This document shows positions 28,134 to 39,100 of a DNA stretch of 64,000 bases, in pieces. Within the stretch, counting starts at the first letter, position 1, and every line of letters begins with the position of its first letter. A program made the position numbers and the translations under genes. Source of the DNA: Eledone cirrhosa (lineage: Eukaryota); the NCBI GenBank assembly GCA_964016885.1, contig OZ024740.1, forward strand, positions 302,064,001 to 302,128,000. The letters are read 5' to 3'. The notes beneath the pieces were generated by a model. The model was given only the letters and a program-made list of their open reading frames with translations. It ran no database searches and had not been told where the DNA came from.

Positions 28134-30256
28134 TTACCGTACTTTTCGTAGAGGAAGGATGGTTTTTCCATCCCTTTTCACTTGATCGTCTGGTGAAGGG
28201 ACCGTAGAATCGTCCCTTCGGCTGGTCGTCGGCTCTTCTATGAGTATGTCCGAATATACTCTCCGGTTGAGAGTCCCTCCTAGGTCTCTGAAATCATCAA
28301 CTTCGTTTTAATGTTTGTGTATTGTTTCTGTGCTATTTTTAGCAGTCTTATGTTAGTTGGCGTTTTGATTGGTGCTGGTAATATGTAGTCGTGCTGTGAA
28401 ATGTCTGTGTGTTCAATTATGTAAGTCATTAGTTTCTTGTTGTGTGTATTTATTGCCGTGCATTTGTTTTTCTGGGGGTGGGGTATGGTTCTGCTATTTT
28501 CTTGTCGTTGTTGCTGGGTGTGTGTGTTTTGTTGTTGTGTTTGCGATGTTGGTGCTTGTGGTGGTGGTGTTGAAGGTGTTGTTGTTGTTGGCGGTGGGGT
28601 TGTCGCCGGTGGTGATGGTGGTGCTAGTGTGGGTGGTGATGGTGTTGGTGGTGTTGCTGCTGTGAGTCTCTTTGCAGTAGCCTTTACCCTTTTTTCATTT
28701 CTTCCCTCCCTTTTCGAAGGCGACGATGCGCTGCTTCTGCGTGTGTGCCTTCTTACGACCTTTTGCCATCCCTTTCCCACCTCACACTCCATGTCTGATT
28801 CTGTGAGGTCGGGGAGGGGTACTAGCTCCACTCTTTCACTTGTTGTTGTTGTTGGTGATGTTTGCACTGGAGTCTCTGTTGCAGCTGCATTTGGTATTAC
28901 TGTTGTTGTTGTTAATACTTCCACTGCTGCTGCTGTTTTTGATTTCCGTGGCGTGGGTATGGGTGCCACAGACCTATCGTTCCTGGTTGCCGCTTGTCCT
29001 GTTGCTGATAGCCGTGGAGCCGGTTTCGGAAGGAGGGAGGTTTTCTCCTCTTTCAAGGTCTTCTCGTTGCAGAAGGCCATGAGGTGATTCTTCGATCCAC
29101 AGCTAAAGCATTTCGGGCGTTTGCCCTCAACACTTATGGGCAGTTGAGTGCCGTTATCGAAGTCTATCACATCCGGGATAGCTTCGATGCACTCCTGGTT
29201 GGTTTGGATTAACATCTCAATGGAGGTGCCGACCCAATCTTCTCTTACTTTTTTCTCTACTTGCAGTACAGTTGTTTTGTCCTCGATTCCGACGAGAACA
29301 GACGCGGCCAGCCAAGAAGGGGCCATCCCGGGGTGGGACGTGGGTCAGTTTGACCCTCACAATTTTTTTCCCGCAGTAGGAGGGCACCAACACCATTTCC
29401 TTGCCCCCTAGGGTCACTAAGGATTGAGCCTTTGCCTCCTGGAGTGTGGCAAAAAGCACGTCTACGGTGGCATATTTCTTGCCTCGGGTGATATGCGTTT
29501 TCCGCTGCCACACAGACCCTAAGGCTTTTTGTATTTGAGCCTCTGTGGCTCTTTCAACCCTACGGGATTTTGTGCTTACTGTACGGTGACTGACCGTACA
29601 GTGCTGTTGGGTTTCGAAAAATGTTTCGGCTGCCTTGCAGATTGCTCGGTGTCCGGTTTTCGTCACCATCTTCTTCGCTTCCTCTAATTCCTCATTTGTT
29701 ATGAGGATGGTTTCCAGGTATTTTGCGATACCTTCAAACGAGATTGGTTTTTCCTTGCTGCTGTTGTTGTTGTTGTCGTCAGAGCTGCTGTTACTTTTGT
29801 TGTTGCTGCAAGTACTACGACTACTGCTGCCGCCGCTGTTGCTGTGGTTGTTGTTGTTTTTGCTGCTGCTGCTGTTGTTGTTGCTGCTAATGCTGTTGTT
29901 GTGTATGCTGCTTCTAATGCTGTTGCGGATGCTACTGTTGTTTTCCTTGTCACTGTTGCTGCTCCTGCTGTTATTACGCCTGCCACTGCTATTATTCCTG
30001 ACGTCAGACGAATGAAATGGGTTTTCGTATTTCCCGCACACCTTTTGCGTCGTTGTCGTCGTCGTCTGGAGAAATCTTGCACGCTTTGCACGTGATTTTT
30101 CTTTTCTGGCGTCGCTTGCGAAAGAGAAGGGAGGGAGAGAGACACATTTAGAGAAGGGAGGGAGAGAGACAATCTTCTCTCTGCTGTAGTGACGATTGAG
30201 GAAGAAGAAGACGGAATGAGTGGGAGTGACCTATGAAAATTATTTTTTGTAGTCAT
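28134..30256 (-). pseudogene. Tx1-like ORF1 (gag-like, CCHC knuckle), frameshifted
   Basis: Fragments 29699-30256, 29217-30041 and 28280-29326. Knuckle CFSCGSKNHLMAFC. Homologous to 33223-35219. Confidence 0.85.
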
Positions 30257-30471
30257 GTTTTTTTTTTGTTTAAAATAAATATTGGGCACAAAACCCCAAT
30301 AAGCGGTTATTTAATCCCGAAGGGCCAAATAACGGGCAGAAAGACCCCTCTCACGAGGAGGAGGGTGTTTTTGTCTACAATTTGGTTAAAGTTTTAAATA
30401 ATTTACAATTGTTATAGCGGTCAAAATTTACAATACCTTACAGAGCCGAACCTCCGTCAACCATTGCATTC

Positions 30472-30553
<82 letters not shown>
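30472..30553. repeat. (AAT)n microsatellite
   Basis: Directly visible. Confidence 0.97.
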
Positions 30554-30554
<1 letters not shown>

Positions 30555-31547
30555 GGATAAGGGAAGAAGACGCACGAGGTGGTAGAAGGTCATGAAATCG
30601 CTCCCGTAAGTTTTTGATTTTTAACATATTTAAATCAATTGTGAAATAACAATTCTTAGTACAAATGATGCATAAAGCACCGAATCAAGTCTCATAGAAA
30701 TTCGGATCCATAATATATTGTTATATCGCTCAAATATTCAATTTTGTATTATACATTTTATATTCAAAAAAGAAAATGGTTATAAATGGAAGAAAACCCC
30801 CTCTGTCTACACTATATAGAACAGCCAAATAACAGCAATTTCACCAACACCGGAAACTAGATACACCACCTACCCCATCACCCCGCTGTGTACACTAAAT
30901 ACAACAGCCAGATAACGGCAATTTCACCACCACCACCACCAATCCCAGCATCATATTAATAATTACTATTATTATTGTCCCAAGTTTTAACAAAATGTTT
31001 AATTCCAATATTAAGGGAATATGTCAACACATATATTAAATATACGCGACACAAACGCATAGATACTAGAGATCAAACAAAACTACAGTCTATTCAACAA
31101 AACTCAGTAACGACAACGCCACCGCCGCCACCACTCCATCCATCATTGCTACCAATAACCCATCACCGCCGCCACTACTCCTTGATTGCTACCACCACTA
31201 TTCCCCATTACCTTCTGTTAACTTAAGAAAGGGGAAGGTGGCGGTATCACTAGACAAGGGAGAGGCTAGCAAAATATATAAATAGATTGACTTAGTGACC
31301 CGTCCACCGGCCAAACGTCAACAAATATGGCACTGCTGGCTCCCCCTTCCCCACCAACAATATAAAAAGCCCCACCACCACCACCGACGTAGCCAACAAC
31401 AATAACAGGCAACTTCAGCAAAAAGTATATTATATTATTGTAATGCACTGGGTAATTGCTGGCATTGTGCCTGGAGTGGAGACAATTATTAATAATTTCA
31501 TTCTTAAGCCACGCAAGTCTCACATTAAGGAACCACTCATGATAATA

Positions 31548-32795
31548 ACAATTTAAAAAAACAACAAAAAAGAAAACCCCGTGACCAAGAAATACCGGGA
31601 TGGCGGCCGGCGGGGAATAGCCGTTTCTCTAGGAGAGAACGACCCTTCTAGTCTTGGTTGACACTCGTTCTAGAAGTGGTAACACGAAATGATTACCCCT
31701 TGGCGGATAAGGATAAAACGCGACAAAATAAAGTAAATGTCTAATGATAAAATCTCATACCGGATCGGCCGTCACCCGGGTAAAAAAGGGCCGCGTCCCT
31801 CAGAGAGGAATCCGACTGGGGTTGAAAAATCAGCTAATGGTTCAAAACTTCCCATCACTTCGGAGCTGGAGACCTCCCATAACCGGAATACTCCTACTGT
31901 TGGCCCTCCATGCTCACCACCAAGAAATCCAAAGAAAAAGAGAGAAAAATGGTCAAGGGAAGATAATAAAGAAGTCCTTTAGGCTTTCTACACTGCCATG
32001 TACTACCCATCAAATACATCGAATACAGAACAGACATATATCAACTGAAAAAAGAAACATCCCGAAAACAGAGGCTATATTGACAGTAACAAATTAGCCA
32101 ATATACGAAGAAATATTGTAAAAAAAAGTTACTAACTGATATAGAAATTGATCAGATCAAGCTATTAGCACAAAGTCAGCGAAGGGAAAATGAAACATGT
32201 GTCAGTGAAAACGAGGTAAATTGTAACACTTCGAATCCAAGGGTTGGGGCGGAATCACTGACAACAGAACAAGTTAAAGAAAGGATCGAAAAAGTGGAGG
32301 GAGTGCATGCTCAAGATGAAACTCCAAATGAAAACAATGAGATCGTAAATGATAAAGAAATGAATGAGAATGAACTTGCCAACTTGAAGGATGAAATTAT
32401 GATCGAATGGATGAAAATGAAAGAATCTAACATGGGGGAACGAGACACCCTCCCTAAGATCCAGAACTCCAAACAGAACCAAAAGATAATACACAAGACT
32501 AACATAATTATCAAAACCATTATCATCACAAACAAACTAAACATTACTGATTTAAATCATCTCTATTATGCATCGGCTAAAGTCACCACTCCCATATGTG
32601 GAGTGAAGATGAAAAAACAAAGGAATTCCCACAAGAAATTTACTTGGCAAGAAAACATCAATCGCCAATCTGACATAGAAATTTTAACAAACTATAAAGT
32701 AGGTGATCTTGTTAAACAAACTAAACTTAGAAAATTGAAAAGAAAGTACAGTATAAAACCAACAAGTTACATAGGCATGCTGATAGAAATAATCT
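31548..32795 (+). mobile_element. 5' part of another R4/Dong-like RLE element (decayed, 3' deleted)
   Basis: A-rich start and GC-rich 5'UTR. ORF from 31737 with REKWSREDNKEVL (cf. RTNWTKELNRTVM), later LNHLYYASAKV and WQENI (cf. NNILKATANTV, PWWKKRL). Confidence 0.7.
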
Positions 32796-35427
32796 GATAG
32801 AAAGGTCTCCAGACGCCGGAAGAAATCAGGCCGCCCTGCTCCTGTCGGGGCATAGACGGCCACTAACCTGAAAGCTTGCCCGTCTCCGCTGGTCACGTCC
32901 AGCACCACCAACTTACCTTCTGGGTCCAGGAAGATGGCCCGTATGGCAAGATCCAAACCTCTCCGAAAAAGCACAGCAACTCCTCCCCCCCGATCCCGGA
33001 CGGCTGGGAGATGCGTACACATCGTAGCCGCCGAAGATCGGTGCGAAAGCCTGTGCTTCGGAGATTCTGGTCTCGCTGATGGCCACTACATCTATGTTTA
33101 GTGACCTGAGGTCGTTGAGCAGGTGGCCCTGCTTCCATGACGACCCCAAGCCACGCGCATTTATGCTGCCTATTCTGAGTGAGGTCATGTTGAAAAGGAG
33201 TGGAAAAGATGGGAAAGACCACTTACCTTACTTCTCGTAGGGGAAGGACGGTTTTTCCATCCTTTTCACTGCTTGTGGCCTCCTCAGGAAGGATGTCCTT
33301 ATAAATCCTCCTGGAGAGTGCTTGTCGGAAGTCTCCGATGTCTTTGGGGAATTTTTGTTTTAGTGTCATGTACGTTTTCTGTGTGATGCGAGTGATTTGT
33401 ATGTGTGGAGGTGGTGTGAATTTTGGGGTTGTTGTGTAGTCTTTTTCTGTGATGCTGGTGTTGTGTTGGATGTAGTGTAATAATTGCTTGTTGTTCAAAT
33501 CTAATGCTATGTAGTGTGTATCGTTTTGGTTGTTTTGTTTTGTTTGCGTTTGTTGTGGGTTTGTTTCTGTTTCGTATTTTGGTGACTTTTGTGGTGTAGG
33601 TGATGGTGGTGTTGGGGTTAATGATGGTGATGGTGTTGGTGTTTGGGTTGATGGGGTTGGTGATGCTGGTGTGGATGGTGGCATATCTGTCCTAACTTTT
33701 TTGTTTCTTAATTTATTTGTTTCCCTCTGTATTTTGTTTTTGGAGGGGGAAGGAAGAGAATTTTTTCTTTTTTGGTTTCTTTTTTTTTTCCGGATATCGT
33801 TTCCCACTCCTCGTCGTCACAATCTGTCTCCAGTTGTGATAGGCCGGGGAGTCGAAAATCCTCCACAGCCGTTAGTTTTGGTTGTGGCGTGGTGGATGGT
33901 GTAGGCGCTGGTGCTAGTTCTGAAGCGTTGGGTGGTGGTGGTGTTAGTTTCGCTGGTGGTGGTGGTGGCGTTGGTTTTGCTACTGTTGCTGGGGTTGTTG
34001 CTGTTATAGTTGCTTCTGTTGTTGCTGCTACAGTTTTTGCTGCCATCTCTGCTACTGGTGGTGTTGATGGTTGTGTCACTGGGGTGGGTAGGAGAGGTGG
34101 CCTCAACCTTTTAGCCTGAGGGCAGAAAGCCCTTAGGTGGGTTCCTTCACCACAAACGACACACCTAGGTCTTCTTCCCTCGACAATTACCGTGAGGTGG
34201 CTGCCGTCAGTGATGTCTATTACCTCTGGGATCTCCTCAATGCTTTTTTGGTCCGCTTGGATCAGGAGCTCCATCCCAGATCCGGACCAGTTTTCCTGCT
34301 TTTCTTTTGCTACTGCTATTATTTTCGTGTTGGCTTCGATGCCGGCGAGGACGGCCGCTATTAGCCAGGGAATTTCGATGGCCGGTGGAACGTGGGTCAC
34401 CCTGATCTTTACGAGTCTCTGGCCACAATAGCTTGGGACGAGTGTGAAGTCGTCACTTTTTAATGGGGCCATGGAGTGTTCTCTAGCCTCCTCTGGTGTT
34501 TCAAAGAACACGTCCACGGTTCCATACTGTTGCCCATGTCTGATGTGGGTTTTTCTTGCCCACACATGTCCCAAAGCTTTTTGGATTTGGGACTCGGATG
34601 CCCATTCCACTCGGCGCGATTTTACATTTATAGTTCTATACGACACGGTGCATAGGCGCCGATGCTCCATTTTATTAGGTGGTGGGGGGGAGTGAGGCTG
34701 ACCCTGTACCCATCTTTCTTTACCATTTGTTTGGCATTTTCTAAATCTTCCTGAGTTACCATAAATGCTTCGAATTGTTTTGCTACTCTGGCGAAACTGG
34801 GGGGGGGGGTTATAATTTATAATGTCATTGTTGTTGTTGTTGCTATCGTTAATATTAATTTTAGTTTCAGTTGTGGTGGTGGTGACGTCAGTCGTCTTTG
34901 GTGGGGAAGAGTCCATTTTGCTTGATTTCATTTCGACATCACGAGTTAATTTATTTTTTTCTTCTTTTGTTTCTGTTGTCGCGGTGGTGGTGGTGGTGGT
35001 GGTTGTCGCGGTGGTGGTGGTGGTGGAGGCTTTAACACCTGCAGTCATTGGTAATGGCGGGAAATGAATGTCTGCCTGAGACAAATTTAAAATATTGCTA
35101 CTGCTTATATTTTTTTTTGTGTTGGCAAACGTAGTAACATTTACAATGGTGGTGTCGGTGTCAGGTGGTATTTTGTGAGGAAGGCTTTCAGCTGCTTCGT
35201 GCAGAGGTGAAGTAGCCATTTTTTTTCAAAGAAATTTTTTGATAATAATAAAAGTTAAAATTTTGGGCACAAGGCCCCAATCTTTTTGGGTGTCCTTTTC
35301 GGAAAACAATGTATGTGTGCTTATAAACAGTTAACAATAAAATTTTCCATAAATGGCAATTTTTAACAAACGGAAATAGCAAACCTTTGCGGAGCTCACG
35401 ATGATACGATTTACTACGTAGGTCGCC
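32796..35427 (-). mobile_element. Second Tx1/L1-like element: 5'UTR, ORF1 and start of ORF2 (3' deleted)
   Basis: ORF2 starts at 33188: MTSLRIGSINARGL..SET..GVA..VYAP (APE N-terminus). The 5' end abuts (AAT)n at 35428. Confidence 0.88.
33223..35219 (-). CDS. Tx1-like ORF1 (RNA-binding/gag-like, CCHC knuckle, Pro/Thr-rich), one frameshift
   Basis: The 503-aa ORF 33708-35219 continues in 33223-33807 after a shift near the poly-T run at ~33779-33789. Knuckle CVVCGEGTHLRAFC. Confidence 0.8.
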
Positions 35428-35466
<39 letters not shown>

Positions 35467-35469
<3 letters not shown>

Positions 35470-35652
35470 TGTTTCTACTTTTGGCACAAGGCCAGCAATT
35501 ATCCAGTACATTACTGGTACTTTATTTTATCGACCCCATAAGGATGAAAGGCAAAGTTAACCTCGGCGGGATTTGAACTCAGAATGGCAAGGGCCGTAAC
35601 TCTATGCGTCAAAGCATGGCGTCCAACCCTCTACCGATACTGCCAATTCACC
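35467..35652 (-). mobile_element. tRNA-derived SINE with (ATT)n tail
   Basis: Same family as the other copies, with (AAT)n on both sides. Confidence 0.9.
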
Positions 35653-35681
35653 TAATAATAATAATAATAATAATAATAATA

Positions 35682-36134
35682 TAGACCTGATATAATATTG
35701 AAGGACTTTCAAAGGAGGGTATGCCTTGATATGTCTGTTCCAATAGACAAGAATGTATCTATAAAAACATTTGAAAAATTGAGCAAGTATAAGGACCTGG
35801 AGATAGAAATTGGAAAAATGTGGAAATTGAGAACTAAAACAATACCAGTGGTTGTAGGCGCTCTGGGAATGATACCTAAGGGGTCTAACGACTACTTATC
35901 GCAAATCCCAGGAAACCCGCGTATAGGAGAAATACAAAAGATAGTACTAATGGGAACTGCCCATATACTAAGGAAGATCCTGTCAATATAAGTACATCAC
36001 AAGTCTAAACACTAAGGATGCATGTGTGAATATGTATGTTCTTTCTTCAACATGGCGGACCTTGTTGTCTCTTGAGGTCACTGGTTGTGACTTGGTGATA
36101 ACTCGTATAAACATAAAGCAAGATAAATGCAAAC
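35682..36134 (+). mobile_element. 5'-truncated R4/Dong-like element (RLE C-terminus + 3'UTR) in (TAA)n
   Basis: RPDIILKD...DMSVP..K.FEKLSKYKDL..E..KMW..IPVVVGALG..QK..LMGTAHILR. Flanked by (TAA)n at 35653-35681 and 36135-36170. Confidence 0.85.
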
Positions 36135-36170
<36 letters not shown>

Positions 36171-36175
<5 letters not shown>

Positions 36176-39100
36176 CAAAAAAAGAAACCCCAAAAACGTA
36201 AAGAAAATAAGAATGAAGAGAGAAGCAGGCGGACGGACAGAGAAGAGGGGGGAAAAACTAAAACTTAAAAAACAAAAACTAAGTCAGACATTCGAACACT
36301 ACATTACAATGAAACTTATGCTTATTCATTTTTGGGGCCCTTTCTGCCCGTGTGTTTGTTTGTTTATGTGTGTTCGTATACAGCGTGGTGATAATGCCAC
36401 ACAAGGGCCAAGTGGAATGGCGGAACCACAGATGGATATGTAACCATACATTCGCCAATCCTCGATAAGAGTGTTTAAATATCGAACATAAACAGTTCGA
36501 ATAACGGTGAAATGGAGTCTAGAACGTCATGTGACAGACTCTCACCCAACAGGTGCCCCCTGGCTCAGCAGCAGGAACCTGACTGTCAACCAAATACTGC
36601 TGATGTTGGAGGAAGGAGAAGAAGGGAAGGGGCCAGAACCAACTGGACGAAAGAATTGAATAGAACTGTTATGCAATGTTACCTGAAAAGTAACCCCAAG
36701 GAGAGGGGCTACAGGAGACGGATGCATAACATCTGGAACGAGATTGGTTTATTTAAATTAGATGAACAAAAATTGGCCGGGCAGGCTCGGGTAATAAGAA
36801 CTAATGGATGGATAAGCGAGCTGGAACTGGAGGAACTGAGCAGAGAGAATGGCTTGGAGATGGCGGGTGTAGTATGCCAGACAAGCGAGCCAGTGGGAAA
36901 TGAAGGTGAAGAGGTCCTGAGAACGGAGGAACCATCCGAAGCAGACAATGATCTGAATACTGAGATAAATAATACCTGGAACAGAGATACGGCCACTGAG
37001 GAGATGAATGCTGACGGGCTAGGACAAGATTCGGTTGACATCCTAAATTTAGTGGTAGATGAATTGAACAATGATAGTGGGAGACCTATGAACCTAAGAT
37101 TTGTAGACAGGAAAAAGTTAAAAGAAACAACAGCTAAGGTAAACAAAGTCATCCCATACCTTGAGGCGAGGAGCCTTCACCAGTGCAACAATATCCTCAA
37201 AGCAACAGCAAATACGGTGAGGAAACTACTTGGTATAAAAGCGAGAGGAAACAACAGACAAGAAAGAGCAGAGCCGTGGTGGAAGAAGCGACTGAGTGGG
37301 CAAATCGGGGAAATGAGAAATGACATAGGAAAGCTTGAGTCACTACTGAATGGGACACTAAAAAACATAGGCACTAAAAATAGACTGGAAATAAAATACA
37401 AAACTAGGAGTAAAAAGCTAAATATTATCATAGAGGAACTGAAGCAACGCATTGTAGCAAAGAGTGCAAAAATCAGGCGATACGAGAACAGAGTCAGTCA
37501 GTATAAACAGAACCGCATGTTCGACAACAACCAGAAGATGCTGTTTGGACAGCTTGAGGGGAAAGAAAGAGGCAACGACTTGATCCCTGGGGCGGAGCAA
37601 ACTAAAACATTCTGGAGAGGAATATGGGAGCAGGATGTTAGACACAATGCCCAGGCAGGGTGGATTGAGACAGTACAGAGGGAGATCGGTGAGCAGGCAC
37701 AACAACAAACTGAGTTGAGTATCACAGTTGAAACTCTTAAGGGGCAGGCCAAAAAACTAACCAACTGGAAATCACCAGGCCCAGATGGTGTGCAGGGGTA
37801 TTGGATTAAACATTTAACATCCCTCCACCCGAAGCTGACGGCCATGTTCAATGACTGCTTGGTGTCGGGTGAGGTGCCAGAGTGGTTGACAAAAGGTACC
37901 ACAGTTCTGATAATGAAAGACCGAATCAAGGGTAATGATGTTACCAACTATAGACCTATCACATGTCTGTCCGTAATGTGGAAACTGTTGACGAGCATTG
38001 TTTCTGAGGAAATCTACCATCACCTCCACACAAACAACTTGTTACCGGACGAACAGAAAGGATGCCGAAAGAAGTCACGTGGTACAAAGGACCAGTTACT
38101 TATTGATAAGATGGTAATGGGGAATTGCAGGAGGAGACACACTGATCTTGCCATGGGATGGATAGACTACAGAAAGGCATTTGACATGGTGCCCCATTCC
38201 TGGATCACCAAAAGCCTGGAGATCTTCAAGGTGGCAGATAACATCAGACAGTTGCTAGGCAGGAGTATGGGGTCCTGGGAGACAGAGTTGACATCAACTG
38301 GAGTATCCTTGGGAAGCGTGAAGATCAAGAGAGGTATCTTCCAGGGAGATAGCCTGTCCCCTCTGTTGTTTGTCCTTGCCCTGATGCCCTTGACCATTAT
38401 GCTGCGAAAAGTGAGAGCAGGATACAAGTTGGGAAGGGGAGAGCTTACCATCAATCACCTCCTCTTCATGGACGATCTTAAGCTCTTCGGGAAAAGTGAG
38501 AAGGAGTTGGATGTGCTTGTTGACACTGTCCGTATTTTCAGCAGTGATATATGTATGCAGTTTGGTATTGGTAAATGTGGAGTCATTGTGATGAAGAGGG
38601 GTAGGTTGAGCAGAAGTAACGGGATCCAGATACCAACAGGTGAGATGATAAAGGAAATTGACTCTGAGGAAGGATACAAGTATTTGGGCGTTCTGGAGGC
38701 TGATGGCATAAAGAACAAAAAAATGAAGGAATTGTTAAGAACTGAATACATTCGGAGAGTAAGGAGCGTATTGAAGTCACATCTGTACAGCAGAAATGCC
38801 ATAAGCGCAGTAAATTCCCGAGCTGTGTCTATTATTAGGTACAGTGCGGGAATTCTGAAATGGAATGTTGCTGAACAAAAAGAAATGGATAGGAAGACTA
38901 GGAAGCTATTGACTATCTACAACATGTTCCACAAGAGGAGTGATGTCGATAGACTCTACCTAAGGAGATCTGAGGGTGGAAGAGGTCTTATCAGCATAGA
39001 GGACTGTGTTCAGATGGAGAAAAACAACCTATACAAATACGTGACCTATAGTAAGGAGCCAATGCTCAGAACTGTACTGAAGGAGGGGACAGTAGGCCAG

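Larger units (their letters stand above)
24921..30471 (-). mobile_element. Tx1/L1-like APE non-LTR retrotransposon within an (AAT)n tract
   Basis: Two-ORF layout. The 3' end is AATAAATAAATC. (AAT)n lies at both junctions (24897-24920 and 30472-30553). Confidence 0.9.

Noticed and set aside
33775-33795. Programmed frameshift in Tx1 ORF1
   Set aside because: The shift sits at a homopolymer and copy 1 reads through the equivalent region, so an indel or assembly error is more likely.
36384-36475. Twister or HDV-like ribozyme in the Dong 5'UTR
   Set aside because: Only a partial fit: the pseudoknot pairing fails and the segment is not conserved in the sister copy at ~40965.
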